Part shown: one piece after another, positions 1-7,370 of the stretch
How positions within the stretch are numbered: position 1 is the first letter of the stretch
How the letters are laid out: every line of letters begins with the position of its first letter
IMG/VR virus record: IMGVR_UViG_3300027708_002528
Strand: one strand, 5' to 3'
Source of the DNA: an uncultured virus (IMG/VR IMGVR_UViG_3300027708_002528)
Taxonomy: Duplodnaviria; Heunggongvirae; Uroviricota; Caudoviricetes
DNA length: 20,000 bases
Translations under genes and position numbers: made by a program
Notes under the pieces: generated by a model
What the model was told of the DNA's origin: nothing
The model's database searches: none
The model's input: only the letters and a program-made list of their open reading frames with translations

Positions 1-123
1 GATAATAGAACTCAAGTTGCTAGTCCTAAAGACAATTCAACTCCGATGTTGAGTCTGCCTCCAGTTAGAAACCCCGAAAAAGCATATCGCTCGGTTATTC
101 AGTACAATACGCGAGTTGTATAA
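1..123 (+). CDS. 3' end of a convergent gene running in from the left edge (unknown product)
   Basis: Frame +1 is open from base 1 (DNRTQVASPKDNSTPMLSLPPVRNPEKAYRSVIQYNTRVV) to TAA at 121-123, immediately before the hairpin. Confidence 0.5.
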   Translation, partial: DNRTQVASPKDNSTPMLSLPPVRNPEKAYRSVIQYNTRVV

Positions 124-143
124 AAAACCCCGCTTTCGCGGGG
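122..143 (-). terminator. Rho-independent terminator for gp32
   Basis: Minus strand reads CCCCGC-GAAA-GCGGGG-TTTTTT (6-bp GC stem, GNRA loop, U6 tail), 7 nt after the gp32 stop. Confidence 0.9.
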
Positions 144-150
144 CAGGTGC

Positions 151-1035
151 TTATTCGTCCTCGGCTAGAGCCTTGAAGTAATCCATATCATCTTCGTCTT
201 CAGTATCTACCCTACTTTCGGTATATTCTTTGGGACTTGATGCTTCTTTGAACTTAGCCTGTTCCACTGTAGTACGTGGAGCCGATCCGTTTAGACCGAG
301 AACTTTATCCAACTTAGCCTTGAGTTCGTCATATGACTTGAAGTTGGATGGAAGTAGAAACTCTTTGAGAGAATATTCTTTCTTCCAAAGCTGTTCAAGC
401 TTACCGTCATCACCATTGAAAATAGCCGAAGGTGAATCAAACTCAGACTTATCGTAATTCTGATAACCCTCAACTTTACGAATCTTGAGCTTGAAGTTAG
501 CACCAGACCAGAAGTCAAATGGATTGATCGCCTTTTCATCCTCGAATTGAGGATTCATTGCCTCGGTGATTTTATCGAAGATTTTCTTTCCATAACGAAA
601 CAGAAAAACCTTTCCCTCATTCTCAGGATTTTTTGAATCCTCAATCACGAGAATGTTAGAGATGTACTTGAGGCGACGTTTCTGCTCGCGAGCAATACCC
701 TTGTTCGCTTCGATTCCAGAATTCCATAGCAAAGAATTATATTCCGAAACAGGATCCTTTTGATTCAGTGTAGTGAGAGAATTCTCAATATACCAGCCAC
801 CAGGACCTTTGAAACCATGATCAAAGATTTTGACCCAAGGAAGAGCATCCTCACCATCTGCCGCAGGTGAAGGAAGGAATCGAATAACAGCATAGCCATT
901 GCCAGCCTTATCGATCTCGGGCTTCCAGAAATTGTCATCTTTGGATTGTCCACCCTCAGAACTGAGGGCTTCTACGGCTTTCGCGAGTTTATCGAGATTG
1001 CCAGAATTACGTTTTAGATTTGCAAATGAACTCAT
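151..1035 (-). CDS. gp32: T4 gp32-like single-stranded DNA-binding protein
   Basis: Motifs FWKP..DKAGNGYAVIRFLP, HGFKGPGGWYIENSLTT, GKVFLFRYGKKIFDKI, GANFKLKIRKVEGYQNYDKSEF; acidic tail DDMDYFKALAEDE; SD AAGGAA. Confidence 0.97.
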   Translation of the reverse strand: MSSFANLKRNSGNLDKLAKAVEALSSEGGQSKDDNFWKPEIDKAGNGYAVIRFLPSPAADGEDALPWVKIFDHGFKGPGGWYIENSLTTLNQKDPVSEYNSLLWNSGIEANKGIAREQKRRLKYISNILVIEDSKNPENEGKVFLFRYGKKIFDKITEAMNPQFEDEKAINPFDFWSGANFKLKIRKVEGYQNYDKSEFDSPSAIFNGDDGKLEQLWKKEYSLKEFLLPSNFKSYDELKAKLDKVLGLNGSAPRTTVEQAKFKEASSPKEYTESRVDTEDEDDMDYFKALAEDE

Positions 1036-1129
1036 TGTATTTCCTTATTAACGGTGTATTAGCGGTGTATGTCACTTTATCATAATCAACTACAGTATGG
1101 TGATACGAAAATATATATCCCCAATGTTC

Positions 1130-1657
1130 TTATTTTTTAAGGTAATCAATAACGAGATTGAATTCTTTATTGAATCGATGATCAGCGCCTGGTACAATCA
1201 CATAATCAACATTCTTATCTTTACATTCTTGAATGCATTTAGTATGATCGATGACAGAATCTTCCTCAGCAAAATAATACTTGTGTTTAGGATTAACTTC
1301 AAGCTTACTGTATTTACTCAGTAGACTTTCATCGACCCCATATTTTTTGAGTGAAGTGCTTGGATCATATGATGGGTTGATCACCACAGCATTGCAATCA
1401 TACATACTGGCGATCTTCGATGCATACCAACCACCGAGTGAAGTACCGACAACTGTCATTGAAGTATTACCGGCAACTTTATCGATCAGAAGATTATCGA
1501 TTTTATCGGTCAACGATTCGATAGCTATCTCTGGATCGAGTGATGCATCAAAGCAATACGCTTCAAATCCAGCATCCTGCAGTTCTTTTAGCTTCGAAGT
1601 ATTCGAACTAGAGCCGAAACCGTGACAATAAATTACAAGTTTATCGGGAATATTCAT
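1130..1657 (-). CDS. YqiA/YcfP-like (UPF0227) alpha/beta-hydrolase esterase
   Basis: YCHGFGSS oxyanion motif, GTSLGG nucleophile elbow, INPS, D-x-V-I-D acid and GADHRF catalytic His; SD GAGG. Confidence 0.85.
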   Translation of the reverse strand: MNIPDKLVIYCHGFGSSSNTSKLKELQDAGFEAYCFDASLDPEIAIESLTDKIDNLLIDKVAGNTSMTVVGTSLGGWYASKIASMYDCNAVVINPSYDPSTSLKKYGVDESLLSKYSKLEVNPKHKYYFAEEDSVIDHTKCIQECKDKNVDYVIVPGADHRFNKEFNLVIDYLKK

Positions 1658-1679
1658 AATGTCTTACCTCACAAACACA

Positions 1680-1708
1680 ATTATAGCAAGCTTGTATCAT
1701 ATTGTCAA
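1680..1708 (-). promoter_or_regulatory. Consensus sigma70 (early) promoter
   Basis: TTGACA (1708-1703), 17 bp spacer, TATAAT (1685-1680), with an A-tract UP element upstream; lies in the intergenic gap before the esterase. Confidence 0.9.
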
Positions 1709-1737
1709 CAATTTTTTTACGATAAAACCGGCAAACA

Positions 1738-2283
1738 TTATTCTTTGGGGTGACCCATCATGGTTTTGGTATGCATATGACCTCCAATGGATCTATCGTA
1801 ACTCTCGCCGTCTTTGTGGGGAATTACATGCTTATTGAGTAGTTTTCCAGCTTTATTTGCCGGAATAACCGGTACTCCCATCTTGGTTTGCAGATGTTTT
1901 GCCGCCCCAGATACTTCTCCCCATGCACGTTTTTGCTCATGATCTTCTAATTTTGTCTTTTTCCAGTCCGCTTTACCCTGCTCAGTTCCATCAGTTCCGG
2001 AAGCAATAGACTTCCTTCCATGTTGTTTCTTATAAAGATTAACTGAACTGATCTTACCATTTCGTTTAGTTGCCTTTATAACTGAATGGGTAATATCATG
2101 ATGAATAGCATCAGACTCTTCTTTAGATCCTGATTTATGTCCGGAATAACCACCTATACCTGAATATGATTTATGAAGAATATCATGTATTTCTTCTCGA
2201 TGTTTTTCTCTATGGGATTCTTGATCTGGATGCAGACCTATCGATATAACACGTTCAATGATAAAATCTTTAAACTTTTCCAT
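1738..2283 (-). CDS. Hypothetical His/Lys-rich protein with a T4 capsid-targeting-like N-terminus (candidate internal head protein)
   Basis: 181 aa ORF, SD GAGG, N-terminus MEKFKDFIIE, exact late promoter upstream. Function not recognised. Confidence 0.75.
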   Translation of the reverse strand: MEKFKDFIIERVISIGLHPDQESHREKHREEIHDILHKSYSGIGGYSGHKSGSKEESDAIHHDITHSVIKATKRNGKISSVNLYKKQHGRKSIASGTDGTEQGKADWKKTKLEDHEQKRAWGEVSGAAKHLQTKMGVPVIPANKAGKLLNKHVIPHKDGESYDRSIGGHMHTKTMMGHPKE

Positions 2284-2309
2284 GAGAAAACCTCGGTATG
2301 TAGATATAA

Positions 2310-2317
2310 TATTTATA
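2310..2317 (-). promoter_or_regulatory. T4-type late promoter
   Basis: Exact TATAAATA directly after the upstream stop codon and 26 nt before the ATG at 2283; gp33 is encoded in the window. Confidence 0.85.
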
Positions 2318-2818
2318 TTAATCAGTACCGATGCTGTGTTTGTTCAATTGATTCAATGTTTTAGATAGTGTGGTGTGTAGAATACCAACACCTCCAGCAT
2401 CATTCCATTGATCAATATTTGATTTTGTATCGTCAATTAGAATTGCATCTGGTTTTGCGTACTTCCATTTGAATCGTTTTCCCGGAACATAATTTCTGCG
2501 ATAGTATACATGATGAGTATCACACCAGATATTTTTCTGTCTGGAGATTTCATCATACTTATCTTCGGTGGCAGTAGACGATAGAATCTCAATAGAAACA
2601 TTTTTATAGGTCTTCATCTTGGCGAGAAGTCCTTGTGCACCGGGCATCCAATCTAGAGTCGCGAATTGTTGAGTGCCAATGAACTCATCAAAATACTTTT
2701 GAAATACTTTACTCTTTTCAGCCTCAGATGGATGCATGTTATAAAGTTCTTGGTATCTCCGAACGAAGTCACAGAGAACTCCATCTAAATCCAAATAGAT
2801 AGTATTAATTTTTGACAT
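2318..2818 (-). CDS. HAD-family 5'(3')-deoxyribonucleotidase-like protein (NT5C type)
   Basis: Motif I YLDLDGVLCDF, motif II ILSS, conserved Lys, motif IV LIDD, then W..AGG.GILH. Confidence 0.85.
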   Translation of the reverse strand: MSKINTIYLDLDGVLCDFVRRYQELYNMHPSEAEKSKVFQKYFDEFIGTQQFATLDWMPGAQGLLAKMKTYKNVSIEILSSTATEDKYDEISRQKNIWCDTHHVYYRRNYVPGKRFKWKYAKPDAILIDDTKSNIDQWNDAGGVGILHTTLSKTLNQLNKHSIGTD

Positions 2819-3413
2819 TTTCTTTCGCCTTATTTTTTAAGGTTTCTTTAAACTTGGTTTTGTCATAAAGGCTTTGCATAAAGGGAGAATACTTTTTGAT
2901 ACGTTTTGCTTGTGTAGGAAAGATGACATCATCTGATATTTTTTTCTCCCATACTGGAAGAAAATTCAATAAGTCATTTAGAATAACAACAGTCTCTAAC
3001 CTTATCTCATGAAAATTTAATAGTTCAAGTAATACAGGGTATTCTCCTGCATCACCTGGCTTGAACACATTAGATTCTGAATCAAATATCTTATCAAGGT
3101 CTTGATTAAATATATAGCTCAGAGACTGTGTTATTTTTTTCCAACTCGCAAAGCAATCATCCGCAACATCTCCGCTTAAGTCTCCTATCCACAGATTAGA
3201 ATTCCTGATTAAATTTGAAATCAAAAATCCAATCAACTCATCATTCGAATATCGTCTAGATAGTTTATAGAAACTGAATTTATTCTTATGCGTCCTGAAA
3301 CTATCCTGACTAATGAAATTTGTCTTACCGTTATATTTAAAGTAATCGTATGAATCTGAATTGAAATGTAGCTTCAATGCAGTGAACAACTTATACGTTT
3401 CGTAACCATCCAT
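2805..3413 (-). CDS. gp59: T4 gp59-like helicase loader
   Basis: Y..F.ALKLHF....YDYFKYNGK, F..LSRRY, ETVVIL..LLNF, IKKYSPF; synteny with gp33 and gp32. Confidence 0.92.
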   Translation of the reverse strand: MDGYETYKLFTALKLHFNSDSYDYFKYNGKTNFISQDSFRTHKNKFSFYKLSRRYSNDELIGFLISNLIRNSNLWIGDLSGDVADDCFASWKKITQSLSYIFNQDLDKIFDSESNVFKPGDAGEYPVLLELLNFHEIRLETVVILNDLLNFLPVWEKKISDDVIFPTQAKRIKKYSPFMQSLYDKTKFKETLKNKAKENVKN

Positions 3414-3414
3414 A

Positions 3415-3639
3415 TTATATAGGCAATTTAGGTTGCTTTTTGAGCATGTTTAGTTCTTGAGCCTCCTCAGATATCTTTGCCTTGAGAGGGGCGGTGATCA
3501 GAGTAGCAGCAACTTCGACCTCTAATCCAGTAATCTCACAATGATGCAGGATGGCTTCCATGTATCCGATGCGTTTCTCTTTTGAGAGTTTTTCAATCAG
3601 AATAGAAAATGTTCTAATCTCATCTTTATTCGCCATCAA
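3415..3639 (-). CDS. gp33: T4 gp33-like late-promoter transcription co-activator
   Basis: FS..IE......IGYMEAI..C....LEVE....LI..PLKAKI..EA..LNML.....LPI; directly upstream of gp59. Confidence 0.92.
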   Translation of the reverse strand: MMANKDEIRTFSILIEKLSKEKRIGYMEAILHHCEITGLEVEVAATLITAPLKAKISEEAQELNMLKKQPKLPI

Positions 3640-3817
3640 AGATTCTCCAGTAAATACTTCCTATGAAAACATATAGCTCTCCCACATCTTCATCGCTTAG
3701 AAACATCGAAGATTGACTATAGGGAAGAATCCCTGGAGGAACTTCAGTCCGATCATCATCTTTTCTCATAGTGAGCATCCATTCATCGCCATGCTTTCTG
3801 ATACTGAATTTATCCAT
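3626..3817 (-). CDS. Small hypothetical protein
   Basis: Fills the gap between the hydrolase and gp33 with short overlaps at both ends; start re-assigned to ATG 3817 (MDKFSIRK), which overlaps the end of the upstream gene. Confidence 0.6.
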   Translation of the reverse strand: MDKFSIRKHGDEWMLTMRKDDDRTEVPPGILPYSQSSMFLSDEDVGELYVFIGSIYWRIFDGE

Positions 3818-4334
3818 TCGTTTTTTCTTTGTAAAAGATATGCCTACCAATTTTTGTAATTCGTTTCAGATCCCATCCTGGAGACACATAGTCTGCATGA
3901 TAGTAGAGAGCGCGATTAGCATATAGCATATCATGCGCAACGGGCTCAGTCAATGCTTTTTTAGCGATAAGTTGAGACTCTTCCCATAGATACTTGTCCT
4001 TTTTAGGAAGATTGGTTAGACAATACCATGAGAATTGGCAAACAATGTATCCGTTCGAGGATGTCTTCTGTTTGACCACGCGACAAATGTCTGATGGAAA
4101 TTTACCACTAGACGACCTATTGAGTGTCACTTGAGCCACCGCAAGCTTTCCTTCATAAGGTTCTGTTGCTGCTTCATAGTAAATATTTTCTGCGAGACAA
4201 TGTACCTGCTCCTTAAATATAGGAGCTTGAGTTTTGATTACATATTCATTGGGTCGATATAGAAGACTTCCGATGAAAATCATCGAGCTTACCAAAGCCA
4301 ATAGTATGATAGAGGAGTTTTTAGATCCCTGCAT
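3810..4334 (-). CDS. Cell wall hydrolase, SleB/Hydrolase_2 family, with N-terminal signal anchor
   Basis: CLAENIYYEA..EP..GK.AVAQV.LNR....FP..IC.VV.Q, CQFSW, ALYYHADYVSP.W, IGRHIFY. Start placed at 4334 (SD AAAGGTG) because the longer start overlaps the tmRNA 3' end. Confidence 0.92.
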   Translation of the reverse strand: MQGSKNSSIILLALVSSMIFIGSLLYRPNEYVIKTQAPIFKEQVHCLAENIYYEAATEPYEGKLAVAQVTLNRSSSGKFPSDICRVVKQKTSSNGYIVCQFSWYCLTNLPKKDKYLWEESQLIAKKALTEPVAHDMLYANRALYYHADYVSPGWDLKRITKIGRHIFYKEKTNG

Positions 4335-4371
4335 TATTGCACCTTTTTGATCAAATTTGAATAATGAAAGA

Positions 4372-4682
4372 GCCAACTGATTGGGTGATAAGGACAGTTG
4401 GCGAAACCCCAGAATCAGTTACGCTGCGAGAGCGAAAACCTCATCGTTAGACGCTTTATTTGCGTTTACTTTTTTTGCTTGATTTACGGTCATCGCCTAC
4501 CGTGTTGCCGTCTCCACTAGCTCACCTTGTCGAAACCGGTCGGACCCATCAAAAGCACACATAAAACTAAGATTTTGCATAGCTGCCTTAGTCACTTGCT
4601 ATCAGTGTGTGTGCTTTTGGTGGATCCGGGGGGAATCGAACCCCCGTCCAAGATGCCTTCATTTTGAAGGGATTACAACAAT
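4372..4682 (-). ncRNA. ssrA: Circularly permuted (two-piece) tmRNA gene
   Basis: Acceptor piece comes first: GGAC-GGGGG-TTCGATT-CCCCC-CGGATCC-A-CCA (4649-4618). A 70-nt intervening segment follows (4617-4548), then the coding piece starting GGGTCCG at 4547, which pairs with CGGATCC and gives G3:U70. D-loop-like GGTTTCGAC; tag frame 4463-4419 = ANKASNDEVFALAA*. Outer ends are approximate. Confidence 0.95.
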
Positions 4683-4687
4683 ACTTT

Positions 4688-4695
4688 TATTTATA
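4688..4695 (-). promoter_or_regulatory. T4-type late promoter driving the tmRNA
   Basis: Exact TATAAATA 4 nt after the upstream stop codon and just before the acceptor piece. Confidence 0.85.
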
Positions 4696-4699
4696 CCAG

Positions 4700-5284
4700 T
4701 TAGTCAATACCAACCATTTCCACTTCACTTCGATTCAACATTCCTCCGATAGGTGTATAAAACTTGAATTCGATATAATCCACATCTTCTTTCTTGAACT
4801 CAAACCCTCGATTCTTACGCAGAACTGAGTGAAATTGCGTCATCGTAGTTGGATGAAACCTACCTACTGTTTCGGTATTACCTTTACCTGGATAACCACC
4901 TTCTTTGGTTCCTATCAGATGAGCTTCTGTGTCATCATGTGCTTTGTGAAGAACTGAATCTTGTCCATACTTTTCTCCGTGCTTCTTGAGAAAGCCTTTG
5001 AGCTTACCGCCATCATCACCTTTAGATCCTACGATTAGATAGGAATGTTCATCGACAGCAGTTGCGTCTGGTGTTCCATGATTTTCAATGTATCGACCTT
5101 TGACATGAACAAAACCAAATCCATGTGATCTGATATCCGCCTCAAGCTTCTTATTTCGGCGAGCATTCTCAGTACTATCATACTCACCTCGATGAGCGGT
5201 GATAGCACCGATATTGCGATCTTTTGTGTGCTGGAGAACTCTTCCTACACTGGATTCATTAAGGATAGTTTTTAGTGTCTTCAT
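4700..5284 (-). CDS. S-adenosylmethionine lyase (T3 SAMase-like) protein
   Basis: Ordered motifs ITAHR...EN.RR..L...IR, KGRYIE, VDEHS, YGQDSVL, EAHLI parallel T3 SAMase VSAFR...VNMSR...LR, TGCYRE, TEEKT, WEQDCVL, TAGLV (reference recalled from memory). Confidence 0.7.
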   Translation of the reverse strand: MKTLKTILNESSVGRVLQHTKDRNIGAITAHRGEYDSTENARRNKKLEADIRSHGFGFVHVKGRYIENHGTPDATAVDEHSYLIVGSKGDDGGKLKGFLKKHGEKYGQDSVLHKAHDDTEAHLIGTKEGGYPGKGNTETVGRFHPTTMTQFHSVLRKNRGFEFKKEDVDYIEFKFYTPIGGMLNRSEVEMVGID

Positions 5285-5320
5285 GTTGGATGAATTGGAT
5301 TAGAAGTGACTAGTATACAC

Positions 5321-5328
5321 TAGTTATA
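5321..5328 (-). promoter_or_regulatory. Probable late promoter variant
   Basis: TATAACTA (one mismatch to TATAAATA) in the intergenic gap, 36 nt before the ATG at 5284. Confidence 0.55.
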
Positions 5329-5346
5329 CGAAATAAACAGGTAATA

Positions 5347-6012
5347 TTAAATATTTTTTCTCTTATATTTGGATATTATCCTAACTAAAGTTTCAATATG
5401 ATCCTCAGTTTTCTCTATGAATACTAAAGGCGCATCATTCTCAACAGCCATTATGATAACTAATTGATCTACAGGAATTCTTGTTAATTCTTCAGACATT
5501 AAAGCATATGCACAAGTCTGTGCAAAATAATCAGCGATATCATCCTTATTTTTAACTCTAGATGATGTTTTGAAATCGATAACGGAAAGCTTACCCTCAT
5601 ATTCTGCGATAGCGTCAACTCGACCTGCCAATTCTAGGTCCTCTGACCATAGAGATTGTTCCATATAGTGGATGTTATTAATTTTATCGACATATGGCTT
5701 TATCGATATAAACATCTCCATCGCATCAGGCATGAAGCTTTCCTGTCTTAGGTTACGCCCTAACATGTACTTTTCGCATATCGTATGGATATTAGTTCCT
5801 CGGGAACTTGCTTTTTTCGATATGCGATTTGCCTCCGCTTCTCCTACACGAGCGCGCCACTCCATGATTGCGGCTTTCTTCATTGAACCCACGACGGTTG
5901 TGACTGAAGGAACTTTTTTACCTGAAGGTAGAGTGTAGAATCTCTTTCCGTCAGATTGTGTTTCTGAGGTCAGATTTGGTAATGTGCGAGGAGGACAAAA
6001 ATTAAACGTCAT
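5347..6012 (-). CDS. PD-(D/E)XK exonuclease (T4-like phage exonuclease, Cas4/RecB-like)
   Basis: PSVTTV, WR.RVG..EA.RIS..A..RGT..H, E..L.S..L..AGRVDAI, IDFKTS, Q..AYA. Confidence 0.9.
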   Translation of the reverse strand: MTFNFCPPRTLPNLTSETQSDGKRFYTLPSGKKVPSVTTVVGSMKKAAIMEWRARVGEAEANRISKKASSRGTNIHTICEKYMLGRNLRQESFMPDAMEMFISIKPYVDKINNIHYMEQSLWSEDLELAGRVDAIAEYEGKLSVIDFKTSSRVKNKDDIADYFAQTCAYALMSEELTRIPVDQLVIIMAVENDAPLVFIEKTEDHIETLVRIISKYKRKNI

Positions 6013-6061
6013 AATTTAGTTTAACCAACCGCATCATAAATGCGAGAAGTATCTCCATTTT

Positions 6062-6331
6062 TCATTCAGCTTTGCGGGCTTCAACTTCCATTGGGTTATT
6101 TTCATAACCATAGCGAAGTTGAAAGGAAAGATATTTAATGTAAAACATTACTACGCCAATATCTTGCGCTTGCTTCCAATGAACCGTTTCATGGTTGTAA
6201 ATATTTTTGTCGTTTATATGATCAGGTCTAATAAAAATGCCGAACGGGGGTAGGGTAATAGCGTGATGACCTACAAACTTTAAATACCACTTAACCGGGC
6301 CTTTGGCTTCAAAGAATTTAGGCTCGCTCAT
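6062..6331 (-). CDS. Small HEXXH zinc-metallopeptidase-like protein
   Basis: AITLPPFGIFI, HETVH..Q and a distal Glu in NNPMEVEA; ATG directly follows the upstream TAA. Confidence 0.7.
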   Translation of the reverse strand: MSEPKFFEAKGPVKWYLKFVGHHAITLPPFGIFIRPDHINDKNIYNHETVHWKQAQDIGVVMFYIKYLSFQLRYGYENNPMEVEARKAE

Positions 6332-7348
6332 TTATACTACCGCTCCGTATACACGGGTTAGATCGTTTGATACAAAAGCCAAAGACGCGCCATTTAGAGA
6401 AACGGCTTTACCTCCTGCCGCGCCAGCGTAGTCATTAGAATACCCACCGGAAGCCCCCCATCCTCCGCCACCTGCTCCAGCATAGATAGTAGAACTGCCT
6501 CCCGGTGAATTTGCGCTACCTCCCGGAGATCCATAGACATAATCCCCGTCAGACGGGACAACAACAGATCCCCCTCCTCCGCCAGCACCTGCCGCCGTAC
6601 CGGGATTATTACCTTGCTGGTAGCCCGAGCCACCCACTCCCGGAAAAATGCGACCTCCTCCTCCGCCGCCGTTCTTGCCGTAGCGATAAAGTCCAACACC
6701 GCCGTAATCTCCAATTAAACCTCCAGCCCCTCCATCTGTAAGATAGGCGCCTGATTGTCCTCCCGCTCCTCCTCCTGCTCCGCCACCCCCTCCTACATCA
6801 TTTATTGAGGCGGCCGGACTACCCGCGCCCCCGCCACCACCTCCGGCAATCCACGCAGAACCATAAGTATTATCAATTGTAAATACAGCGGCGCTATTAA
6901 GCTGTATGGCATCGGTGCCCGCAGTGGGAGGGGTATATGTTCCCGGTAACCAACTACCTCCGTTACCGCCGGTACCGGCAATGACCCCAAGATTAATAAT
7001 TTTTACTGTGTCACCATAATTGTTGTTTACAATTCGCAAACCATTAGCCAGCCAAACACCGTAGTTTACAGTAATAGTTAAATCAGTTCTCCCGGCTGAA
7101 TAACCAGACAAACTTGAAACATAAACCGTAACGGTAGAATAGGTAGAAGAACTATAAGTCAGACTTAACGCCACACGATTACTTTTACCGTACAGATTAC
7201 TCATTGAGATAGTAGATTGGGGAGTTGGAACGCCAGCAAGACTACGAACCGCAGAATCATTCATATTAATATTCTGTGTCGAAGGTCTTCCTAATTCGGA
7301 ATTGACCTGCGATAAACTTATAGGGTTGCCTGGTTGAACGAGAGCCAT
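6332..7348 (-). CDS. Glycine-rich tail-fibre adhesin, T2/T6/S16 gp38-like
   Basis: IINLGVIAGTGGNGG, WIAGGGGGGAG, multiple polyglycine runs separated by variable loops, GGGGGWGASGG, GAAGGKAV, terminal VYGAVV; N-terminal ISLS.VN.ELG...ISMSNLYGKS attachment-like segment; SD AAGGA. Confidence 0.8.
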   Translation of the reverse strand: MALVQPGNPISLSQVNSELGRPSTQNINMNDSAVRSLAGVPTPQSTISMSNLYGKSNRVALSLTYSSSTYSTVTVYVSSLSGYSAGRTDLTITVNYGVWLANGLRIVNNNYGDTVKIINLGVIAGTGGNGGSWLPGTYTPPTAGTDAIQLNSAAVFTIDNTYGSAWIAGGGGGGAGSPAASINDVGGGGGAGGGAGGQSGAYLTDGGAGGLIGDYGGVGLYRYGKNGGGGGGRIFPGVGGSGYQQGNNPGTAAGAGGGGGSVVVPSDGDYVYGSPGGSANSPGGSSTIYAGAGGGGWGASGGYSNDYAGAAGGKAVSLNGASLAFVSNDLTRVYGAVV

Positions 7349-7370
7349 CTATTACAGTCCTTTTATCTCT

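Noticed and set aside
4335..4376. Longer N-terminus for the SleB-like ORF
   Set aside because: It overlaps the tmRNA 3' structure, and the ATG at 4334 has a good SD.
4618..4650. tRNA gene or attP-like tRNA fragment (T-arm plus CCA)
   Set aside because: There is no anticodon arm upstream; the matching 5' acceptor strand lies downstream at 4547, which the permuted tmRNA explains.
5347..6012. CRISPR-associated Cas4 or CRISPR locus
   Set aside because: No four-Cys Fe-S pattern, no other cas genes, and no repeat-spacer array seen in the window.
6002..6058. 18-codon ORF MEILLAFMMRLVKLNYDV and two small hairpins ahead of the exonuclease
   Set aside because: Too short and unsupported. It could aid coupling because the exonuclease lacks a clear SD, but this cannot be shown from sequence.
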